DNA of 64,000 bases, from the NCBI RefSeq assembly GCF_009914755.1, contig NC_060938.1; one strand, 5' to 3'. The notes beneath the pieces are model-generated. The model ran no database searches. It was not told where the DNA came from and saw only the letters and a list, made by a program, of their open reading frames with translations. This stretch comes from the human T2T-CHM13v2.0 reference genome, Homo sapiens. Shown in pieces: positions 39,919 through 49,799 of the stretch; position 1 is the first letter of the stretch, and every line of letters begins with the position of its first letter. A program made the position numbers and the translations under genes.

Positions 39919-41780
39919 GGAATTGAGTGGAGTGTAGTGCAGTGTAGTGGAGTGGAGTGGAGTTTAACGTAATGGGATGGAATGGAAGGGAGTGGAGTGG
40001 AGTGGAATGCAATGTAGTGAAAGGGAGTGTGATGGATTGGAATGGAGTGGAGTGGAGTGGAGCGGAGTGTAGTGGAATGGAATGGAATGGAGTGGAATGG
40101 AATTGAATGGAATGCAATGGAATGGAATGGCGTGGAATGAATTGGAATGGAATGGTGAAAAGAAATGTGAGCTGAGATTGTACCACTTCACTCCAGGCTG
40201 GTTGACAGGGTGAGATACTGTCAAAAGAAAGGAGTGGAGTGGAGTGGAGTTGAATGCAATGGGATGGAATGGAATGGAGTGGAGTGGAGTTGAGTAGAGT
40301 GGCTTGGAGTGGAGTTGAATGGAATAGAATGGAAAGGAATGGAATGCAATGGAATGGAATGGAAAGGTGAAATGTAATGTGAGCTGAGATTGTGCCACTG
40401 CACTGCAGCCTGGGTTACAGAGTGAGATCCTGTCGAAAGAAATAAATGTAATGGGATGGAGTGGAATGTAATGTAATGGAATGGAATGGAATGGAATGGA
40501 GTGGGGTGGAGTGCAGTGGAGTGAGGTGGAGTGGAATGGAGTGGAATGGAATGGGACAGAATGGAATGCAGTGGAGTGGATTGGAGCACTTTGAGGCCTA
40601 TGGTGGAAAAGGAAATATCTTCACATAATACCTAGACAGAAGCAGTCTGAGAAACTTCTTTGTGATGTGTGCGGTCTTCTCACAGAGTTGAACCTTTCTT
40701 TTTATTGAGCAGTTTGGAAACACTCTTTTCGTAGAATCTGCAAGTGGACATTTGGAGAGATTTGAGGCATATGTTGAAAAAAAATTTTCACATGAAAACT
40801 AGACAGAAGCATTCTGCAACTTCTTTGTGATATGTGCATTCATCTCAAATAATTGAATCTTTCTTTTGATTCAATAGCTTTGAAACTCCCTTTTTGTATT
40901 ATCTGCAAGTGGACATTTGGAGTGCTTTGAGGCATATGATGGAAAAGGAAATATCTTCAAAAAAGCTAGACAGAAGCACTCTGACAAATTTCTTTGTGAT
41001 GTGTGCATTCATCTCACAGGTTTGAACCTTTCATTTGATTGAACAGCTTTGAAAAACTTTGTACAATCTGCATGTGGAAATTTGGAGCACTTCGAAGCCT
41101 ATGGTGGAAAAGGAAGTATCTTCATATAAAAACTATACAGAAACTTTCTGACAAACTTCTTTGTGATGTGTGAATTCATCTCACAGATTTGAACGTTTCT
41201 TTTCATTGAGCAGTTTTGAAACAAGTTTTTGTAGAATCTGCAAGTGTATATTTGGAGAGTTTTCAGGCCTACGGTGGAAAAGGAAATATCTTCACATAAA
41301 AACTAAACAGAAGCATTCTGAGAAACTTCTTTGTGATGTGTGCATTCACCTGACAGTGTTGAAATTTTATTTTGATTGAGCAGTTTCAAAACACTATTTT
41401 TATAGAATCTGCAAGTGGACATTTTGAGCACTGTGAGGCCTAGTGTGGAAAAGGAAACAACTTCACATTAAAACTAGACAGAATCTTTCTGACCAACTTC
41501 TTTTGGATGTGTGCATCTATCTTCCAGATTTGAACCTTACTTTCGATTGAGCAGTTCTGAAACATTCTTTTTGAGAATCTGCAAGTGGATATTGGGAGAA
41601 ATTTGAGGCCTGTTTTGGAAAAGGAAATATCTTCACATAAAAACTAGACAGAAGCATTCTGAGAAAATTCTTTGTGATGTGTCCATGCATGTCACAGATT
41701 TGGAGATTTTTCCATTGAGCAGTTTTGAAATACTCTTTTTGTAGAATCTACAAGTGGACATTTTGGGAGCTTTGAGGCCT

Positions 41781-42458
41781 ATGGTAGAAAAGGAAATATC
41801 TTCACATAAAACAAGACAGAAGAATTCTGAGAAACTTTTTTGTAAGGTGGGCATTCATCTCACAGGTTTGAACCTTTCTTTTGATTGAGCAGTTTTAAAC
41901 ACTCTATTTGTAGAATCTGCAATTGGACATTTGGAGTGCTTTGCGGCCTATGGTAGTGAAAGAAATACCTTCACATAAAATCTAGAGAGAAGCAATCTGA
42001 GAAACTTCTTTTTGATTTGTGTATTCATCTCACCGTGTTAAACCTTTCCTGTGATTGAACAGTTTGAAACTCTCTTTTTGTAGAATCTGATAGTGGACAT
42101 TTGGAGCACTTTGAGGACAATGGTAGAAAAGGAAATATCTTCACATAAAACAAGACAGAAGAATTCTGAGAAACTTTTTTGTAAGGTGGGCATTCATCTC
42201 ACAGGTTTGAACCTTTCTTTTGATTGAGCAGTTTTAAACACTCTATTTGTAGAATCTGCAATTGGACATTTGGAGTGCTTTGCGGCCTATAGTAGTGAAA
42301 GAAATACCTTCACATAAAATCTAGAGAGAAGCAATCTGAGAAACTTCTTTTTGATTTGTGTATTCATCTCACCGTGTTAAACCTTTCCTGTGATTGAACA
42401 GTTTGAAACTCTCTTTTTGTAGAATCTGATAGTGGACATTTGGAGCACTTTGAGGACA
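41781..42458 (+). repeat. Recent tandem duplication of an alpha dimer (2 x 339 bp)
   Basis: 41781-42119 and 42120-42458 are nearly identical, including the rare variants tgtaaggtgggc and gaatctgatagtgg. Confidence 0.9.
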
Positions 42459-43000
42459 ATGGTGGAAAAGGAAATATCTTCACATAAAAACTAGACTGAA
42501 GATTTCTGAGAAACTTCATTGTGATGTGTACGTTCATCTCACAAAGGTGAACCTTTATTTTGAGTGAGCAGTTTGGAAGCACGGTTTATGTAAAATCTGC
42601 AAGTAGATATTTGGAGCACTTTGCGTCCTATGTTATAAAATGAAATACCATCACATAAAATCTCGACAGAAGCAATCTGAGAAATTTCTTTGTGATGTGT
42701 GCATTCATATCAAAGAGTTAAACCTTTGTTTTGATTGAACAGTTTTGAAACTCTCTTTTTGTAGAACCTGCAATTGGACACTTTTAGCGCTTTGAGGCCT
42801 ATGGTGGAATAGGAAATGTCTTCACATAAAAACTACACAGAAGAATTCTGAGAAATTTCTTTGTGATACGTGCGTTCATCTTACAGAGTTTAACCTTTCT
42901 TTTGATTGAGCAGTTTGGAAACACTTTTTGTAGAATCTACAAGTAGACATTTGCAGTGCTTTGAGGGCTGTGGTAGAAAAGGAAGTATCTTCACAAAAAA

Positions 43001-43682
43001 TCTAGACAGAAGCAATCTGAGAAACTTCTTTTTGATGTGTGCATTCATCTCACAGAGTTAAAACTTTCTTTTGATTGAGTAGTTTAAAATTCTCTTTTTG
43101 TAGAATCTGCAAGTGGACTTTTGGAGCGCTTTGAGGCCTGTGGTGGAAAAGGAAATATCCTCACATAGAAACTAGATAGAAGAATTCTGAGAAACTTCAT
43201 TGTGATGTCTGTGTTTATCTCACAGAGTTGAAAATTTCTTTTGATTGAGCAGTTTGAAAACTCTCTTTTTGTAGAATCTGCAAGTGGACATTTGAAGGGC
43301 TTTGCATCCTTTGGTACAAAAGGAAATATCTTCACATAAAATCTAGACAGAAGCAATCTGAGAAACTTCTTTTTGATGTGTGCATTCATCTCACAGAGTT
43401 AAAACTTTCTTTTGATTGAGTAGTTTAAAATTCTCTTTTTGTAGAATCTGCAAGTGGACTTTTGTAGCGCTTTGAGGCCTATGGTGGAAAAGAAAATATC
43501 CTCACATAAAAACTAGATAGAAGAATTCTGAGAAACTTCATTGTGATGTCTGTGTTTATCTCACAGAGTTGAAAATTTCTTTTGATTGAACAGTTTGAAA
43601 ACTCTCTTTTTGTAGAATCTGCAAGTGGACATTTGAAGGGCTTTGCATCCTTTGGTACAAAAGGAAATATCTTCACATAAAA
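43001..43682 (+). repeat. Recent tandem duplication of an alpha dimer (2 x 341 bp)
   Basis: The rare variants ctttgcatcctttggtacaaaagg and gtagtttaaaattctc are shared at a 341-bp offset. Confidence 0.9.
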
Positions 43683-43906
43683 TCTAGACAGAAGCAATCT
43701 GAGAAACTTTTATTGTGATTTGTTCATTCACTTCACAGAGTTAAAACCTTCTTTTGATTGAGCAGTTTGAAACTCTGTTTTTGTAGAATCTGCAAGTGGA
43801 CATTTGGAGTGCTTTGAGGCCTATGGTGGAAAAGGAAATATCTTCACAGGAAAACTAGATAGAAGTATTCTGAGAAACTTCTTCGTGATGTGTGCAGTCA
43901 TATCTC

Positions 43907-43925
43907 AGAGTTGAACCTTTCTTTT
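43907..43925. other. Left target-site duplication of the SVA insertion
   Basis: agagttgaacctttctttt is repeated as agagctgaatctttctttt at 45836-45854 (17 of 19 identical). The cut site TTTT/GA fits L1 endonuclease preference. Confidence 0.75.
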
Positions 43926-43946
43926 TTTGCCTTTCATTTTGTATAC

Positions 43947-44124
43947 TTTATTTTTTAATTTTTAATTTTGGTGGGTACTTAGTAGGTATATATATTTATG
44001 GATACATGAGATGTTTTGATACAGGCATGCAGGGCGTAACAATCACAGCATGGAAAATAGACTATCCATTCCCTCAAGTATTTATTATCCTTTGTGTTAC
44101 AAACATCCAATTATACTCTTCTAG
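43947..44124 (-). mobile_element. Old L1 3'-end fragment (L1MA1-3-like), probably 3'-transduced by the SVA
   Basis: gtgggtacttagtaggtatatatatttatggatacatgagatgttttgatacaggcatgc...ccctcaagtatttattatcctttgtgttacaaac resembles the reverse-complemented L1MA 3' UTR. It lies between the SVA poly(A) and the TSD. Confidence 0.75.
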
Positions 44125-45835
44125 TTTTTGTTTTTGTTGTTTTTTTTTCTTTTTTTTTTATTGATCATTCTTGAGTGTTTCTCACAGAGGGGGATTTGGC
44201 AAGGTCATAGGACAATAGTGGAGGGAAGGTCAGCAGATAAACAAGTGAACAAAGGTGTCTGGTTTTCCTAGGCAGAGGACCCTGGGGCCTTAAGCAGTGT
44301 TTGTGTCTCTGGGTACTTGAGATTAGGGAGTGGTGATGACTCTTAACGAGCATGCTGCCTTCAAGCATCTGTTTAACAAAGCACATCTTGCACCGCCCTT
44401 AATCCATTTAACCCTGAGTGGACACAGCACATGTTTCAGAGAGCACCAGGTTGAGGGTAAGGTCGTAGATCAACAGCATCCCAAGGCAGAAGAATTTTTC
44501 TTAGTACAGAACAAAATGGAGTCTCCTATGTCTACTTCTTTCCACACAGACACAGCAACAATCTGATTCCTCTATCTTTTCCCCACATTTCCCCCTTTTC
44601 TATTTGACAAAACCACCATCGTCATCATGGCCCGTTCTCAATGAGCTGTTGGGTACACCTCCCAGATGGGGTGGCGGCCGGGCAGAGGGTCTCCTCACTT
44701 CCCAGAAGGGGTGGCCAGGCACAGGCGCCCCCCACCTCCCGGACGGGGTGGCTGGCCGGGCGGGGGCTGCTCCCCACCTCCCTCCCTGCCGGGGCGGCTT
44801 GCCGGGTGGGGGCTGCCCCCCACCTCCCTCCCGGACGGGGCAGCTGGCCGGGAGGGGGCTGCCCCCCACCTTCCTCCCAGACGGGGCAGCTTGCCCGGTG
44901 GGGGTTGCCCCCCACCTCCCTCCTGGATGGGGTGGCTGCCAGGCGGAGACACTCCTCACTTCCCAGATGGGGTGGCTGCTGGGCAGAGGGGCTCCTCACT
45001 TCTCAGATGGGGCAGCTGCCGGGCAGAGGGGCTCCTCACTTCTCAGACGGGGTGGCTGCTGGGCGGAGGGGCTCCTCACTTCTCAGACAGGGCAGCCGGG
45101 CAGAGACGCTCCTCACCTCCCAGACGGGGTCGTGGCTGGGCAGAGGCACTCCTCACATCCCAGACGGAGTGGTGGGGCAGAGGCGCTCCCCACATCTCAG
45201 ACGATGGGCGGCCGGGCAGAGACCCTCCTCACTTCCTAGATGGGATGGCGACCAGGAAGAGGTGCTCTTCACTTCCCAGACTGGGCAGCCGGGCTGAAGG
45301 GCTCCACACATCCCAGACGATGGGCGGCCAGGCAGAGACGCTCCTCACTTCCCAGATGGGGTGGCGGCCGGGCAGAGACTGCAATCTCAGCACTTTGGGA
45401 GGCCAAGGCTGGCGGCTGGGAGGTGGAGGTTGTAGCGAGCTGAGATCACGCCACTGCACTCCAGCCTGAGCAACATTGAGCACTGAGTGAACGAGACTCC
45501 ATCTGCAATCCCGGCACCTTGGGAGGCTGAGGCTGGCAGATCACTTGCGGTTAGGAGCTGGAGACCAGCCCAGGCAACACAGTGAAACCCTGTCTCCACC
45601 AAAAAAACACGAAAATCAGTCAGGCGTGGTGGCGCATGCCTGCAATCGCAAGCACTCAGCAGGCTGAGGCAGGAGAATCAGGCAGGGAGGTTGCAGTGAG
45701 CAGAGATGGCGGCAGTAAAGTCCAGCTTCAGCTCGGCATCAGAGGGAGACAGTGGAAAGAGAGGGAGAGTGAGACCGTGGGGAGAGGGAGAGGGAGAGGA
45801 GAGGGAGAGGGAGAGGGAGAGGGAGAGGGAGAGGG
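44125..45835 (-). mobile_element. Full-length SVA retrotransposon, older subfamily (SVA_B/C-like)
   Basis: Reading the minus strand: (CCCTCT)n hexamers ~45780-45839, Alu-like domain ~45376-45779, GC-rich VNTR ~44656-45375, SINE-R ~44160-44655 ending in gatcaataaa, and poly(A) ~44125-44159. The SINE-R variant aacaaaatggagtctcctatg points away from SVA_D-F (from recalled consensus). Confidence 0.95.
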
Positions 45836-45854
45836 AGAGCTGAATCTTTCTTTT
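45836..45854. other. Right target-site duplication of the SVA insertion
   Basis: agagctgaatctttctttt, after which the alpha monomer resumes in phase. Confidence 0.75.
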
Positions 45855-48800
45855 GAAGGACGAGTTTTGAAATACTCTTTTTGAAGATCTGCAATTTGAC
45901 ATTTCGAGATCCTTGAGGTATGTGGTGGAAAAGGAAATATCTTCGCATAAAAACTAGGCAGAAAACTTCTGAGAAACTTCTTTGTGATTTGTGCATTCAT
46001 CTCACGGAGGTAAAGGTTTCTTTTGATTGAGCAGTTTGGAAACACTCTTTTTGTAGAATCTACAAGTGGACATTTGGAGCGCTTTGCAGCCTATGGTAGA
46101 AAAGGAAATATCCTCACATAAAATCTAGACAGTAGCAATCTGAGGAACCTCTTTGTTATGTGTGCATTCATCTCCCAGAGATAAACCTTTCTTTTGATTG
46201 AGAAGTTTTGAAACTCTTTTTGTAAAATCTGCAAGTGGACATTTTGAGCACTTTGAGGCCAAAGGTGGGAAAGGAAATATCTTCACATAAAAACTAGAGA
46301 AAAGAATTTTGAGAAACTTGTTTGTGATGGGTGGGTTAAACTCACGGCGTTGAACCTTCCTTTTGATTGGGCAGTTTTGAAAATCTCTTTTTGTAGAATC
46401 TGTAAGTGGACATTTGGAGTGCTTTGCAGCCAATGGTAGGAAAGAAATATCTTCATATAAAATCTAGACAGAAGCAATCTGAGAAATTTCTTTCTGATGT
46501 GTTCCTTCTTCTCACAGAGTTAAAGCTTTTTTTTTGAATGAGCAGTATTGAAACTCTCTTTTTGTAGTATATGCAAGTGGACATTTGGAGCTTTTTGAGG
46601 CCTATTTTGGAAAAGGTAATATCTTCACATAAAAACTAGACAGAAGAATTCTGACAAAGTTCTTGGCGATGTGTGCATTCATCTCACAGAGTTCAACCTT
46701 TCTTTTGATTGAGCAGTTTGGAAACAGTCTTTTTGTAGAATTTGCAAGTGGAGATTTGGAGCTCTTTGCGGCCTATGGTAGAAAAGGAAATAACTTCACA
46801 TAAAATCCAGACAGAAGCAATCTGAGAAACTTCCTTGTGATGTGTTCATTTATCTCACATAATTAAACCTTTCTTTGGATTGAGCAGTTTTGAAACTCTC
46901 TTTTTGCAGAATCTGTAATTGGACATTTGGAGCACTTTGAAGTCTATGGTGAAAAAGGAAATATCTTCACATGAAAACCAGATAGAAGCATTCTGAGAAA
47001 CTTTTTTGTGATGTGTGCATTCATATCTCAGAGTTGAAGGTTTCTTTTGAAAGACCAGTTTTGAAATCCTCTTTTTGAAGTATCTGCAAGTTGACATTTC
47101 GAGCACCTTGAGGCGTATGGTGGAAAAGGAAATATCTTCACATAAAATCTAGACAGAAGCAATCTGAGAAACTTCCTTGTGATGTGTTCATTTATCTCAC
47201 AGTGTTAAACCTTTCTTTTGATTGGGCAGTTTTGAAAATCTCTTTTTGTGGGATCTTCAAGTGGACATTTGAAGCTCTTTGAAGCCTATGGTGGAAAAGG
47301 AGATATCTTCACACAAAAACCGGATAGAAGCATTCTGAGAAACTTCTTTGCGATGTGTGTATTCATCTCCCAGTGTTGAATATTTCTTTTGATTGGACAG
47401 TTTTGAAACTCTCTTTTTGTAGAATATGTAAGAGGATATTTGGAGAGCTTAGAAGTCAATGGTTGAAATGGAAATAACTTCACATAATAACTACACAGAA
47501 GCATTCTGAGGAACTTGTTTGGGATTTGTGCATTCATCTCACATAGTTGAAACTATCTTTTGATAGAGCAGTTTGGAAACTCTCTTTTTGTGGTATCTGC
47601 AACTGGATAATTGGAGCCCTTTGCAGCCAATGTTGGAAAAGGGAACATCCTCACATAAAAACTACACAGAAGTATTCTGAGAAACTTCTTTGTGATGTGT
47701 GCATTCATCTCATAGAGGTGAATATTCCTTTGATTGAGCAGTTTTCAAACACTCTTTTTGTAGAATCTGCAAGTGTATAATTGGAGCGCTTTGAGGCCTA
47801 TTGTTGAAAAGGAAATGTCTTCACATAAAAAGTACACAGAAGCATTTTCAGGAACTTCTTTTTGATGTGAGCATTCATCTCACAGTATTGAAACTTTCAT
47901 TATATTGAGCAGTTTGGAAACACTCTTTTAATAGAATCTGCAAGTGGATATTTGGAGCCCTTGGAGGCCTATTGGGGAAAAGGAAATATCTTCTCATAAA
48001 AACTACACAGAAGCATTCTGAGAAACTGCTCTTTGATGTGTGCATTCAAACCACGTAGGTGAACCTATCTTTTGATAGAGCAGTTTTGAAACTCTCTTTT
48101 TGTAGAATCTGCAAGGGGATATTTGGAGCTCTTTGTGGCCTATTGTGGAAAAGGAAATAACTTCACAGAAAAACTACACAGAAGCATTCTCAAAAACCTC
48201 TTTGTTTTGTGTGCATTCATCTCTCAGAGTTGAACTTTTCTTTTGATAGAGCAGTTCTGAAAATCTTTTTGTAGGATCTGCAAGTGGATAATTGGAGAGC
48301 CTTGAGGCCTATGGTGGAAATTGAAATATCTTCACATAAAAATACACAGAAGCATTCTGAGAAATTTGTTTGTGATGTGTGAATTTATCTCACAGAGTTG
48401 AACCTATCTTTTGATAGAGCAGTTTTGAAACTCTCTTTTTGTAGAATCTGCAAGGGGATATTTGGAGCCCTTTGAGTCCTATGGTGGAAAAGGAAATATC
48501 TTTATATAAAAACTACACAGAAGCATTCTGAGAAACTTCTTTGGGATGAGTGCATTCTTCTCACAGAGGTGAAACTTTCATTTGATTGAGCAGTTTTCAA
48601 ACACTCTTTCTGTGGAATCTACAAGGGTTTAATTGGAGTGCTGTGACGCCTATTGTGGAAAAGGAAACATCTTCACATAAAAACTACACAGAAGCATTAT
48701 CAGAAACTTTTTTGAGTTGTGTGCATTCATCTCACAGTGTAGAAAATTTCTTTTGATTGAGCAGTTTGAAAACAATCTTTTTGTAGAATCTGCAAGTGGA

Positions 48801-49799
48801 TATTTGGAGCCTTTGGAAGCCTAATGTGGAAAAGGAAATATCTTCACATAAAAACTACATAGAAGCATTCTGAAAAACTTCTTTGTGATGTGTGCATTCG
48901 TCTCACAGAGTTGAAACTTCCTTTTGATTGAGTAATTTTGAATCTCTCTTTCTGTAGAATCTGCAAGTGCATATTTAGAAGACTTGGAGGTATATGGGGG
49001 AAAAGGTAATATCTTCACAAAAAAATAAGCAGAAGCATTCTGAGAAACTTCTTTGTGATGTGTGCATTCATCTCACAGAGTTGAACCTATCTTTTGATAG
49101 GGCAGTTTTGAAACTCTCTTTTTGTAGAATCTGCAAGGGGATATTTGGAGCCCTTGAGACCCATGGTGGAAAAAGAAATATCTTAACAAAAAAACTGCAT
49201 GGAAGCATTCTGAGAAACTTCCTTGTGATGTGTGTTTTCATCTCACAAAGTTGAACCTTTCTTTTGATTGAGCAGTTTGGAAACACTCTTTTCGTAGAAT
49301 CTGCACGTGGATATTTGGAGGGCATTTTGGCCAATGGTGGAAAAGGAAATATCTTCACATAAAAACTACACAGAATTACTCTGATAAACTGCTTTTGATG
49401 TGTGCATTCAATTCACAGAGTTGAACCTATCTTTTGTTAGAGGAGTTTTGAAACTGTCTTTTTTTGGAATCTTCATGTGGATATTTGGAGCCCTTTGAGG
49501 CCTATGGTGGAAAAGGAAATATCTTCTCATAAAAAGTACACAGAAGCGTTCTGAGAAACTTCTTTGTCATGTGTGCATTTAGCTCACATATTTGAACCTT
49601 TCATTTGATTGAGGAGTTTTGAAACACTCTTTTTGTAGAATCTGCAAGTGGATATTTGCAGGGCTTTGGGGCCTTTTGTAGAAAAGGAAATATATTCACA
49701 TAAAAATTAACAGAAGCGTTCTCAGAAACTTCTCTGTGATGTGTGCATTCATCTCACAGAGTTGAACCTTTCTTTTAATTGAGTAGTTTTGAAACACTC

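Larger units (their letters stand above)
1..40580 (+). repeat. HSat3-type satellite array, (GGAAT/GGAGT)n, with interspersed Alu-derived cassettes
   Basis: Continuous 5-bp periodicity dominated by GGAAT and GGAGT with variants GCAGT, GTAGT, GGATT and GAAAT. The + strand is G/A-rich and almost C-free, with one orientation throughout. The HSat2 motif GAATCGAATG is only sporadic. Confidence 0.95.
25481..40580 (+). repeat. Divergent HSat3-type zone with ~33 Alu-derived cassettes
   Basis: Cassettes start at about 26467, 27409, 27892, 28219, 28576, 29101, 29477, 29882, 30188, 30540, 31376, 32058, 32729, 33070, 33431, 33693, 34100, 34501, 34897, 35288, 35785, 36128, 36308, 36800, 37137, 37614, 37946, 38408, 38800, 39161, 39647, 40154 and 40366. 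No long near-identical periodicity is visible. Confidence 0.88.
40581..47400 (+). repeat. Divergent alpha satellite, layer 1 (A-type monomers, dimer-like alternation), interrupted by the SVA
   Basis: ~171-bp monomers with signatures aagtggacatttgg and (a/t)ctagacagaag. The tctagacagaagcaatctgag variant recurs about every 340 bp. The right boundary is approximate. Confidence 0.9.

Noticed and set aside
1892-40442. CRISPR-like appearance of conserved cassettes separated by variable spacers
   Set aside because: The repeats are Alu-derived and ~77 bp, the spacers are 0.1-2 kb of satellite, there are no cas genes, and the DNA is primate.
1-40580. HSat2 or telomeric repeat
   Set aside because: There is no regular 23/26-bp HSat2 unit and no TTAGGG array.
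45376-45779. Independent Alu insertion
   Set aside because: This is the internal Alu-like domain of the SVA, between the VNTR and the hexamers.
44600-46045. Overlapping 100-267 aa ORFs
   Set aside because: They come from the GC-rich SVA VNTR, Alu-like and hexamer regions, which are non-coding.
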